From positions 15,247 through 79,246 of the forward strand of contig CASFQL010000021.1 of the NCBI GenBank assembly GCA_949296965.1: a DNA stretch of 64,000 nucleotides, in the 5' to 3' direction. Below the pieces are notes generated by a model. That model had not been told where the DNA came from. It made no database searches and was given only the letters and a program-made list of their open reading frames with translations. Positions within the stretch are counted from its first letter, which is position 1. Each line of letters starts with the position of its first letter. This DNA comes from an uncultured Christensenella sp. Lineage in GTDB: Bacteria > Bacillota > Clostridia > Christensenellales > UBA1242. Shown one piece after another: positions 9,449-18,765 of the stretch. The position numbers and the translations under genes are program-made.

Positions 9449-9538
9449 GGACTTTGTGCCAAAAGTTTCACTTTTGTGTGAAGTTTTATTTAAAACTTCA
9501 CCGTAAAGATTTTTAAAAATCTTTACTGCACAAAGTCC
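9449..9538 (+). repeat. Four-way-junction repeat, copy E (forward; near-consensus)
   Basis: GGACTTTGTGC | CAAAAGT-ttc-ACTTTTG | T | GTGAAGTTTT-attt-AAAACTTCAC | C | GTAAAGATTT-ttaa-AAATCTTTAC | T | GCACAAAGTCC. Confidence 0.93.
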
Positions 9539-9694
9539 GCAAAATGATACATATTATTATCAATATAATTAGTTTTAGATATGCTATAAGTAAAAATTTT
9601 ATGTCGTTAAATAATTTATAAAATAAATTCTTATAAAAATTTAATAAAATCTAATAAAGTTAATAATTTACTTAATAAGTAAAAAATTATCAAC

Positions 9695-11191
9695 CTATTT
9701 TTTATCTTTTATCTTTAATTTTTTTTGAACAAAATAAATTGTAAGTAGAAAAACAGTAAAGATTGCAAAAGAAGCAAGCATAACAATTAATGTAACATTG
9801 TCCATTGTATTCCCTGCTGTTTCAATTCTATCAAAACTGAAAAATCTCAACTGATTAAAATTATCTAAATTAATATCGACAAGTTCTTCTTGGCTACCTG
9901 TAATACTTGCCTTAATTTCCGCCCCTACGGTAACAAACTCTGGCAGGCTTGAAAAAATAGAAACATTTTGACTTTCATTTTGCACATCTATTGTAATTGT
10001 CCCTTCTTTAAATAATATTTCTTCACAAAAGATTCCAACTAGATTATCTTGTGCAACAATATCCATATCGACTTCTCCCTTATTAAAAACAACAGAATAT
10101 ATCTCGTCTTCTTCAATGTTTGATGGACAGTAAATACATCTCATACTATCAAAAAAATAGTTGGAAATATTCTTAATAAAAGTTTTTGACTTGTTAAAAG
10201 TAATATTCCCTTGACTAGTTGCTAATCCATACTGCAAAAAATCAGTGATAGAAAGTTCTCCACCATTTATCAAAATATGTTTATACCTTGAAAAAACTGA
10301 GTATTTACCACCGCAAAGATTAAGATAATCGCCCGTAATTTTTATGTTATTATGAGAATAAATACAAGCCGAATTTTGACTTAAATTCAAATCAATATTA
10401 ACCGTTCCACTCTCAACATTCAAATTTCCTCTATCCTCAAACTTAGGACCTTCTTGTTGTTGACTATCAGAATTATCTTCTTCTAAATCTTCTTGTAATT
10501 TTAAATCAATGTCGCCCAAAACTGCTATTCCGCAAATATCATTATTATTTAAAATTTGGTTTTCAAAATAAATATTGAGATAACTTTGAGTTGTTTCTTG
10601 TTCATCATCATTTGTGGCGTTATCATAATCTGGCAACTCGTCTTCGTTTAATAAAAATTTAACAGGGTGAGGAGATTTTGACTCTAAAATCTCATAATAA
10701 TTTATAATTGAAATATTTGAATTAAGTGCAAAAATACCCACGCTATTTTTTGACTCATTTAAAAAAATATTATTATCGTCCTTTATAACAATTTGGAAAC
10801 TTCCTTCAACAGAAATTCCTGTATAAAAAGTAGTTTCTTGGTAGGTTGTTTCATTGTTTGCATAAATATTTACATTTTCTAAAAACAATATGGAAGTATA
10901 TTCCTTTTCGTCTTGTTTAATAAAAACTTTATTTTCATCATAGTCGTTAACGGTGCTAGATGGAAAATAAACTGCACGACCGCTACCTATAGAATAAGTT
11001 GTTATTTGATTTGGTTTAGATAAAGAAAAATCTAACCCATTACAAACTATCTCCCCGCTACTTGTATTTAAACTGCTTTTTGCATTAACTGTTAATTGAT
11101 TATTTGAAATAATAATTATTGCAACATATAAGCAAAAAAATATTGTAAACAAGACAAAAAAACAATAAAAAATTTTTACTTTATCTTTCAT
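9695..11191 (-). CDS. Hypothetical surface protein with N- and C-terminal membrane anchors, possibly beta-helix (Cthe_2159-like)
   Basis: 498-aa ORF with an N-terminal TM (FYCFFVLFTIFFCLYVAIIII) and a C-terminal TM (VTLIVMLASFAIFTVFLLTIYFV) followed by KKLKIKDKK. Internal repeats such as ..I.I.GG.L.I (ILINGGELSI, IKITGDYLNLCGG) are present. Function is not recognised. Confidence 0.6.
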   Translation of the reverse strand: MKDKVKIFYCFFVLFTIFFCLYVAIIIISNNQLTVNAKSSLNTSSGEIVCNGLDFSLSKPNQITTYSIGSGRAVYFPSSTVNDYDENKVFIKQDEKEYTSILFLENVNIYANNETTYQETTFYTGISVEGSFQIVIKDDNNIFLNESKNSVGIFALNSNISIINYYEILESKSPHPVKFLLNEDELPDYDNATNDDEQETTQSYLNIYFENQILNNNDICGIAVLGDIDLKLQEDLEEDNSDSQQQEGPKFEDRGNLNVESGTVNIDLNLSQNSACIYSHNNIKITGDYLNLCGGKYSVFSRYKHILINGGELSITDFLQYGLATSQGNITFNKSKTFIKNISNYFFDSMRCIYCPSNIEEDEIYSVVFNKGEVDMDIVAQDNLVGIFCEEILFKEGTITIDVQNESQNVSIFSSLPEFVTVGAEIKASITGSQEELVDINLDNFNQLRFFSFDRIETAGNTMDNVTLIVMLASFAIFTVFLLTIYFVQKKLKIKDKK

Positions 11192-11572
11192 AATTTATTC
11201 CTTAATTTATTTATTAAAAAGTCATTTTAAAATATTTAAAAGTTGTTACTAAAATTTATTATGTATTTTATAAAACTCAAATAGTTATAAGAGTTTAAAA
11301 GATTCTTCATTTTTTTAAGAAAAAACAATGAAGTTTTGTTATTAATTTTTACTACCATAAATTATAGTTAGATAATTTTCATAAACAACAAACTAGAACT
11401 AACTTTAATTTCTAATTTAATTATTAATTAAATAAATAAGAATGTCAACTTTTTACAAAAGTTTAAAACAAAACATACATAAGATTATAAAAAAAATAAA
11501 AAGCATAAGAAAATTAACTCGTCAATATTAATTAATAATGGACAAACATTTAAAGATTAATAAGGGGACAAT

Positions 11573-14230
11573 ATGAGTAATTTTCACAATAAGACACCGC
11601 TTGAAATATTTAAACAAACAAATTCTTCTTCTAACGGCTTATCAACAAGCCAAGCCCTTATTCGCCTTAAAAAAAATGGATATAACGAATTGCCTGATAG
11701 TAAAAAGACAAATTATTTCTTAAAATTCTTATCTCAATTTAAGGACATAATGGTAATAATTTTATTAGTTGCAGCAGTTATTTCTCTAACTTTTGCAATG
11801 ATTCAAAATAGCAAAACCGAACTAATTGATGCATTAATAATATTTGTGATAGTTTTGATAAATGCAACTTTGAGTTTTATACAAGAAATAAAAGCAGAAA
11901 ATGCACTTGAAAGCCTAAAAAAACTATCCCAGCCATATTCAAAAGTAATTAGGGATAATGAAGAAAAAAAAGTAAAGACAAACGAACTTGTTGTTGGAGA
12001 TATAGTTTTATTAGAAGCGGGAGATGTCGTGCCTGCTGACATTTTTTTGTTAGAAAGTGCTAGTTTAAAAGTTGACGAATCGTCCTTGACCGGAGAAAGT
12101 ATTCAAAGCGAAAAAGTTACCGGAGTAGTTTTGCCAGAAAAAACTAGTTTAGCAGATAGAAAAAATATGTGTTTTTCTTCTACAATAGTTGCCTACGGGC
12201 GAGCAAAAGGAATTGTTGTATCAACAGGAAAAAATGCTGAAATTGGTAAAATAGCAAGTTTAATTAATGAAGAAAAGGAAGAAACTACACCGCTTGAAGC
12301 AAGTTTAAATAAGTTGGGAGAAGTTATAACATTTATTGTTATAGGTATTGCAATTATTATTTTCTTAGTAGATGTAATATTTGCTCACCAAGGCTACATC
12401 GACTCTTTTTTAACATCAGTTGCCATTGCAGTTGCGGCAATACCAGAAAGTTTACCTGCAGTTGTAACAATTATTCTTTCAATAGGCGTTACAAAACTAG
12501 CAAAGAAAAATGCAATCATTAAAAAAATTCATACAGTTGAAACTCTTGGTTGCTGTCAAGTAATTTGCTCAGATAAAACAGGAACAATAACTCAAAACAA
12601 AATGACAGTCCAAGAAGTTTATGTTAACGACAAAATTTATACTGATAGTTTAAATTCATTAAAACAAGAAAACATAGAAATTTTAAGATGTATGGTTTTA
12701 TGTAATGACGCAAAAAAACAAGGAGAAGATTATTTAGGAGATTCTACCGAAACTGCTCTTATAAGATATGCCGATAAAATAAAGTATGACAAGCAAGTAA
12801 TTGACAAAAAACATATAAGAATTGGCGAGTTGCCCTTTGACAGTAACAGAAAATTAATGAGCACCGTAAATGTTGTCGATGAGCAATTTGTTCAATATAC
12901 AAAGGGTGCGATAGACGAACTTTTAAATAAATGCAACTACATACTTATCAACAATAAAATAAGAACTCTCACAGAACAAGATAGACAAAAAATAAGAAAT
13001 CAAAACGATTTAATGTGTCAAAAAGCATTGAGAGTTTTGGGTTTTGCATATAAAAAATTAGAAAAAACAGGAAATAGTAATAGTTATAATAACAAAATAG
13101 AAGAAAATTCTCTTTGCTTTTTAGGACTTGCGGGAATGATTGACCCACCACGACCAGAAGTCTTTGACGCCCTAAAAAAGTGTAAAAGTGCTGGGATAAA
13201 AACAATTATGATAACGGGCGACCATAAGGATACAGCATATGCTATTGCAAAACAACTTGATATGGTTAAAACAAAAAATCAAGTAATAAATGGAAGTTAT
13301 TTAGATAATTTTAGCGATAAAGAGTTAGTCAAAGAAATAAATAAATATAATGTTTTTGCTCGCGTTAGCCCTGAACATAAAGTAAGAATAATTAAGGCTT
13401 TAAAGGCTAACGGGAAAATTGTCGCTATGACAGGTGATGGAGTAAATGATGCCCCTAGTATTAAATGTGCCGACATTGGAATAGGAATGGGAGCAGGTGG
13501 AACAGATGTTACTAAAAAAGTATCAAATATGATACTAAGTGATGATAACTTTGCTACCATTGTAGTTGCAGTAGAAGAAGGTAGAAAAGTTTTTGGTAAT
13601 ATACAAAAAACAATTCAATTCTTATTAAGTTGTAATATAGCAGAAGTAATAGCAATCTTTCTATTGACCCTACTATTTCCACAATATGCTTTTTTAAGTG
13701 CCGTCCAAATTTTGTTTATTAATTTAATAACGGACACCTTCCCTTCCATTGCTCTTGGAGTTGACAGGGCTGAAAAAGACATTATGAATAAGCCACCCCG
13801 CAATCCAAATCAAAGCATAGTTGGCGGTAGAGTGGGTTTTGATATTGTTTATCAAGGAGTTTTTCAATCTCTAATTGTAATAGGCGTTTATCTAATGGGA
13901 ATATTTTCTTTTAAGTCTAAGGAAGTTGCTTCTACAATGGCATTTTTGACATTAAACTTTATTCAATTATTTCATATGTATAATGTTCACTCAAATAAAA
14001 GCATATTTGAAGATAGTCCTTTTAAAAATAAATTCATTAACATTTCTTTCCTAATCGAAATTGGGTTGTTTATAATTATCTCTCTCTTACCAACATTATC
14101 AAACATTTTAGGTATGTATCCACTCTCAATATCACAATGGGCAATAGTCTTTTTAAGTTCGTCAATGATTATTCCTATTTGTGAAATATTTAAGTTTTTT
14201 CAAAATAAAAGAACTAAATCTTATAAATAA
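11573..14230 (+). CDS. P-type cation-transporting ATPase, Ca2+ (P2) family, paralog 2
   Basis: 885 aa with an AAGGGGA RBS. Motifs are LTGES, CSDKTGTITQN, MITGDHKDTA and MTGDGVNDAPSIK. Overall layout matches the ATPase at 2631-5255. Confidence 0.93.
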   Translation: MSNFHNKTPLEIFKQTNSSSNGLSTSQALIRLKKNGYNELPDSKKTNYFLKFLSQFKDIMVIILLVAAVISLTFAMIQNSKTELIDALIIFVIVLINATLSFIQEIKAENALESLKKLSQPYSKVIRDNEEKKVKTNELVVGDIVLLEAGDVVPADIFLLESASLKVDESSLTGESIQSEKVTGVVLPEKTSLADRKNMCFSSTIVAYGRAKGIVVSTGKNAEIGKIASLINEEKEETTPLEASLNKLGEVITFIVIGIAIIIFLVDVIFAHQGYIDSFLTSVAIAVAAIPESLPAVVTIILSIGVTKLAKKNAIIKKIHTVETLGCCQVICSDKTGTITQNKMTVQEVYVNDKIYTDSLNSLKQENIEILRCMVLCNDAKKQGEDYLGDSTETALIRYADKIKYDKQVIDKKHIRIGELPFDSNRKLMSTVNVVDEQFVQYTKGAIDELLNKCNYILINNKIRTLTEQDRQKIRNQNDLMCQKALRVLGFAYKKLEKTGNSNSYNNKIEENSLCFLGLAGMIDPPRPEVFDALKKCKSAGIKTIMITGDHKDTAYAIAKQLDMVKTKNQVINGSYLDNFSDKELVKEINKYNVFARVSPEHKVRIIKALKANGKIVAMTGDGVNDAPSIKCADIGIGMGAGGTDVTKKVSNMILSDDNFATIVVAVEEGRKVFGNIQKTIQFLLSCNIAEVIAIFLLTLLFPQYAFLSAVQILFINLITDTFPSIALGVDRAEKDIMNKPPRNPNQSIVGGRVGFDIVYQGVFQSLIVIGVYLMGIFSFKSKEVASTMAFLTLNFIQLFHMYNVHSNKSIFEDSPFKNKFINISFLIEIGLFIIISLLPTLSNILGMYPLSISQWAIVFLSSSMIIPICEIFKFFQNKRTKSYK

Positions 14231-14396
14231 TATTGTAAAAGAATTTAATTTAATTTAATTGGCCTTATTTTAAAAAAAATAGTGTATTATAACTATTTTT
14301 AAAATTCAAATTTAATTATTATAATTAGTAAAAAAGTAAAGAAAAAATTTTATTTTCTTTACTTTTTATAATTAGTTCACAAATTTTGCAAAATAA

Positions 14397-14559
14397 ATTA
14401 GTATAAGAATAGGGATAAATCTAAACGAAATCTACAAATTTGGTCTTATTCGTGGCGGTTATGTTGGCAATAGTAACGATGCTGGACCTTTCTACTACAT
14501 TAATAATAACATTCTCTCTACAACTTTTGCTTACTACGGGTTTCGCCTTTCCCTTACTT
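14397..14559 (+). pseudogene. Possible C-terminal gene remnant (..LIRGGYVGNSNDAGPFYYINNN..YYGFRLSLT*)
   Basis: This patch is GC-richer than its A/T-rich spacer. Its 54-codon open frame has no plausible start. The RGG....G.F......GFRL ending is reminiscent of C-termini of FGE-sulfatase-fold or phage-tail-like domains. Confidence 0.3.
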
Positions 14560-14702
14560 AGCAATTAGATTTTAATTGTATTAAAAATTTGTTCCTTAGC
14601 GTGTCTAAAAATTTATCGTTTGCCGTCGGTTTAGTAAATATTTGAAAGACTGACAGATATTGTAAGGGAATTTTTCCTTAATATTAAAGAATTTATTTTT
14701 AT

Positions 14703-15680
14703 TTAGAGATTTGATTTTATAATCTTTTCATAGTCGCAGTTAGTTAGATATTTTAATGGAATATCAAACAGCGAATATGCTCCAAATTTATTTTCTTGTT
14801 TTAATTTGTAAACTGCAAGTGCACCCATAATCATAATTTCAGCGGTAAAATGGGGGTTGCTTTTAGTATTTAACCTAAATTCTAATTGAGTTTTGAACTT
14901 ATCTAAAATTTCAAAATTTCTAATGACTATACCTTTATGATATAGTTTTTTTTGTTTATCTAAAATTTTTTTATTTGAAACAAACTTAACTATTGTTTTA
15001 TAGCCTTTAAAATAATTTGGTATATTAACAATTTCATCTTTTATTTTTTGTTTATCTATATTGTTTGATACGCTCACAAAGCAAAGTCTTTTGTGCTTAA
15101 CTGTGCTATCTGGTGTGTAATCACATAACTTCTTACATTTTTTTATTATTGCTTTATAAGGAATAGTATATTGTATCGCATTTTCTACACCACTGATTTG
15201 TCTAATTGCCTGACTATGACCTTGACTAACTCCGCTACCCCAAAAACAATTTGCAGTAAAATAAGAGGGCGAAATACTATTAAATAGCAACCTAACTAAA
15301 CTTAATATTCCGGGGTCCCAACCGCAAGCATTAAGACAAACAGTTTCCCTTTCTTTTGCAATTAGGTCAAGTTTTGAGATATAGTCATAAAGTTTTGAGT
15401 GGGTATCAAAACTATCAATAAAACTATAATCTTTTATTATTTCATTGCCAATTTTTTCAACTCCGTCATAACTTCCAGCACACAAAAACAAAAGGTCAAT
15501 CTTATCTTTATATTTTTCTAAATTATCTAATCTATCAACTTTAACTTCATACTGACTTTTCACAAACTTTCTCTTAGAAAAAATTGCGACAATCTTAAAT
15601 TCTTTTCTTGTTCTTAAAATTTCTTCGACTGCCTTGCCTAAATTTCCATAACCTATAATACCGACATTAATTTGACTCAT
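14703..15680 (-). CDS. ddh: meso-diaminopimelate D-dehydrogenase
   Basis: 325 aa with an AAAGGAG RBS. It has the N-terminal Rossmann motif VGIIGYGNLGKAV and the segment WGSGVSQGHSQAIRQISGVENAIQYTIP, which matches the conserved Ddh core (W.GPG.SQGHS.A.R.I.GV..A.QYT.P). Confidence 0.85.
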   Translation of the reverse strand: MSQINVGIIGYGNLGKAVEEILRTRKEFKIVAIFSKRKFVKSQYEVKVDRLDNLEKYKDKIDLLFLCAGSYDGVEKIGNEIIKDYSFIDSFDTHSKLYDYISKLDLIAKERETVCLNACGWDPGILSLVRLLFNSISPSYFTANCFWGSGVSQGHSQAIRQISGVENAIQYTIPYKAIIKKCKKLCDYTPDSTVKHKRLCFVSVSNNIDKQKIKDEIVNIPNYFKGYKTIVKFVSNKKILDKQKKLYHKGIVIRNFEILDKFKTQLEFRLNTKSNPHFTAEIMIMGALAVYKLKQENKFGAYSLFDIPLKYLTNCDYEKIIKSNL

Positions 15681-15776
15681 TTTTCTCCTTTTTTTATTTT
15701 TTTTGTTATAATGTTTTGTTTTTTTTGTTAAAAACTTTATAATATATCTAGTTGTTAAATTAAAGGTAGGTAAAAA

Positions 15777-16505
15777 ATGTTCTTTCTTATTTTTGGTTTA
15801 ATCTTATGTTTAGTGTCGACTTATATTTTCATAACCTTGCGTGTCAAAAAAGGTCAAACCGCAGGAGTTTTATCAAAAACGGTGGCTTCGTTTTGCTTTA
15901 TTGCTTTTGCCTTTATGCTCCAAGCAAATAAAAGCGGACTAAATCAGCAGTCAAGCCTTGCTATAACATTCATCTTGCTTGGGTTAATATGCGGACTTAT
16001 TGGAGATATTTTACTTGACTTAAAAGTTATGTATTCTTTCCACAAAGACCAATATTTGACAGGTGGAATGATTGTCTTTTCGCTTGGTCATATTTTTTAT
16101 ATAACTAGCCTTTTTTTAGTTTCGTATCCTTACCAAGATGTATTAAAATATCACTTGCTCGACATTTTTTTAATTACCCTTTCTTCTATCGTTCTTATGA
16201 TATTAATATGGATTTTTTCTAAAAAAGTTGCAAAACTTGAATTTGGTAAATTTACGGGACTTGTCAACCTATACTCATTTATCTTAATATTTACTACAAT
16301 ACTTTCAATCTATTTGTCTTTTATAATAACTGAGATTCCAATGTATATCTTAGCAATAGGTTTTGTATTATTCCTTCTTTCTGACTTAATTTTGTCTTTA
16401 CAATATTTTGGCAACAAAGAACAAAATAAAGTTATGATTGTCCTAAATCATACACTTTATTATATGGCGCAAATTATCATAGCAATGTTTATTTATTTTA
16501 TTTAA
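15777..16505 (+). CDS. YhhN-family (lysoplasmalogenase-like) membrane protein
   Basis: 242 aa with about 8 TM segments. It carries the GLICGLIGDILLD and FSLGHIFYI motifs characteristic of YhhN/TMEM86. Confidence 0.7.
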   Translation: MFFLIFGLILCLVSTYIFITLRVKKGQTAGVLSKTVASFCFIAFAFMLQANKSGLNQQSSLAITFILLGLICGLIGDILLDLKVMYSFHKDQYLTGGMIVFSLGHIFYITSLFLVSYPYQDVLKYHLLDIFLITLSSIVLMILIWIFSKKVAKLEFGKFTGLVNLYSFILIFTTILSIYLSFIITEIPMYILAIGFVLFLLSDLILSLQYFGNKEQNKVMIVLNHTLYYMAQIIIAMFIYFI

Positions 16506-16578
16506 AAATTTTTATATAAACAGTTTAGAAAAAATAATTTACATTATCTAAAAATGTTTATTTTAAAGTGGAGTAAAT

Positions 16579-17088
16579 ATGAAAATAATTTTTGTTAGAC
16601 ATGGTAAATCAAATATTAATACTAGTAAATTAAATTTTTTAGGTCATTTGCAAATAAAGTTGGCTCAGTATTTTTTAAAAAATGAAAAAATAGACTGCAT
16701 TTTTTGTTCCCCACAAACAAGGGCATTGCAGTCGGCTAATATAATAAATAAAAAAATTAATGTTCCGCTTTTAATAACAGATGAGTTTGACGAAAGACAG
16801 GTGTTAGAAAAAGAGCAAGAAGAAAAATTTATGAAAGAGTTTCAAGAAAACTATTTTAATTACTCTTTCAAAACAACAAATTATCAAAGTTGTAAAACAT
16901 TTATTGATAAAGTCTTTAAAAAGTTAGATGAAATAGTCCAAAATAAAGAAAATTATGAAACAGTAGTTATAGTTGCTCATAACTCAACATTTTATGCTAT
17001 TAACGCCTATATTAATAAAATTCCTAAAAACAATATAATTAATTTTGTTTCTTGTAACTATGGAGATGTAATAAAATTTCACATTTAA
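16579..17088 (+). CDS. Histidine phosphatase (phosphoglycerate mutase-like) family protein
   Basis: MKIIFVRHGKSN contains the RHG catalytic motif, and VIVAHNSTF supplies the second His. The RBS is GTGGAG. Confidence 0.78.
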   Translation: MKIIFVRHGKSNINTSKLNFLGHLQIKLAQYFLKNEKIDCIFCSPQTRALQSANIINKKINVPLLITDEFDERQVLEKEQEEKFMKEFQENYFNYSFKTTNYQSCKTFIDKVFKKLDEIVQNKENYETVVIVAHNSTFYAINAYINKIPKNNIINFVSCNYGDVIKFHI

Positions 17089-17135
17089 AAATTTGTCAAT
17101 TATCTTTTTTAAAACTTAAAATATATTTAAAATAA

Positions 17136-17172
17136 AAAAATTTTTAGTTAAGAGCATTAACTAAAAATTTTT
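17136..17172 (+). terminator. A/T-only perfect hairpin, candidate terminator after the phosphatase gene
   Basis: AAAAATTTTTAGTTAA-gagca-TTAACTAAAAATTTTT followed by ATTTTAT. The 16-bp stem has no G/C, so termination efficiency is uncertain. Confidence 0.45.
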
Positions 17173-17432
17173 ATTTTATAAGTATTGTTAATAATAAATT
17201 TGATTAACTAAAAACTTTAATTTAAAAAATTACAAAAAAATATTATTAAATTTCGTAAGAAATAAAAAAATTAATGACTAAATCTTAATTATTAGATATT
17301 AAAATAACTAGAATAATTAGAAAAAACATTTATAAACAAAAAAGTATTTATTTTAAAAATAGTTTTACAAATTTAAAATAACTTTTAAAAATATTTTAGT
17401 AACTACTTTTTTTAAAAATAAGTTTTCTTTTC

Positions 17433-18116
17433 TTACTCAACATGGTTTCTAAGTTCGTTTGCTCTATCACAAAGCATTTGAGAAATTTCATCGTCGGTTT
17501 TATTTAATGTCATAAGGTATGAATATTTAACTGCCTTATCCATTACAAAAGTCCTTTTCTTTTTGACAAAATATGACACATAGATATCAACATCAATGCC
17601 AATTTTGTAACACAGTTTTGCAAGTAATAGATATCCATTAAAAAATTGAATTATTTTGTCGTGGTAACCATTGCTTGAATCTTCTGGAAAAATTAAAATA
17701 TTTTGTTTGTTTTTTATAACTTCAATACTAGTTTGTATTGACTTCTTTAATCTATAATCGTGGTATGTTGGAATAAGTTGCAAGCCTTTATAAAACATAT
17801 TTGCTAGTGGTGCTGCAATTAAACTAAAAACTTTTGCAAAAAATTTATTCCAATGTTTTTTCTTATAGTAATAAATTTCAGATAAATACTTATAAACGCT
17901 TTTTAACCCATCATTCATTTCGTGCGTGCCCCAAATTCTAAAAGGACAATCAAAATAAATTTCATAAGATAGTGGGGCTTTTGCTCCAACATGATTGCTT
18001 AATATTATTGAACTTTCTTTTGGTTTCTCGCCAAGATATACAAATCGTGGTCTTCTAATAAAAATTCTTAAAAAAGATTTTACAAAATTAAACCATGGTT
18101 TCTTCTTTATTTTCAC
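17433..18116 (-). CDS. Lysophospholipid acyltransferase (PlsC-like) family protein
   Basis: 227 aa with a GTG start after AAAGGAAAAGAG. ILSNHVGAKAP stands in place of the H(X)4D box, and IFPEDSSNGY matches the FPEG-type motif. Assignment is tentative. Confidence 0.5.
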   Translation of the reverse strand: MKIKKKPWFNFVKSFLRIFIRRPRFVYLGEKPKESSIILSNHVGAKAPLSYEIYFDCPFRIWGTHEMNDGLKSVYKYLSEIYYYKKKHWNKFFAKVFSLIAAPLANMFYKGLQLIPTYHDYRLKKSIQTSIEVIKNKQNILIFPEDSSNGYHDKIIQFFNGYLLLAKLCYKIGIDVDIYVSYFVKKKRTFVMDKAVKYSYLMTLNKTDDEISQMLCDRANELRNHVE

Positions 18117-18765
18117 TTCTCTTTTCCTTTAATCATTGTTTACTTTATATTAATAAATAAATTAAAATTTATCAATCTTTTTTAGGTAGTTTATTTTTAT
18201 TTTACATTTATTTCATTTTGTAAAAAATACTTAATTGATTAAAGATTTTTAAATTATTAAAGATTCTTAATTGTGTATGATATCTATAACAATTTTTAGT
18301 TTATCAAAACTATTTAAATAAAATTAAAGGAATTTACTATGGCTATTTATATTGAAAAATTTATTTTACTTAAAGTGGTGGAAACTTAAATACACAAAAC
18401 TATATTATAAATTTTTTAAAGAAAACAGAGAGTGTTTAAAATTAAAAGATTTATTAATAATTTAACGCAGATTTTGTAAGTTTGTTAAATATTTTTATGA
18501 ATTTACTTATGACTTTAAATATAAGTTTTAAGTCTAAATTCATTATTAATTTAGACAGAATATAAGTAAAAAATTTATTAAAATAAAAGATTATAAATAA
18601 ATATTTACTAAAAATAAAAAATTTATCTTTTGGCTTTATTATTAATAACTACATTTATAAAAAGTTTACGACACAAATAAAAATTTTTGTGTTATAATTT
18701 TATTTTTTTGTTTAGTTATTTAGATTTTTATGCTAATCTATTATTAGATTAATAAAGGTAAAAAA

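Noticed and set aside
5348-9538. Calling the acnX/collagen region a bona fide integron
   Set aside because: No intI-type tyrosine recombinase, attI or Pc promoter is visible. The repeats lack the RYYYAAC/GTTRRRY core sites of attC. Copies elsewhere are dispersed in both orientations. The resemblance is kept only as a hypothesis in the findings.
18339-18389. 16-codon ORF (MAIYIEKFILLKVVET) with an AAAGGA RBS in the long leader upstream of the 18766 surface-protein gene
   Set aside because: It is too short to support from sequence alone. No associated attenuator structure was recognised, and similar chance mini-ORFs are expected in A/T-rich spacers.
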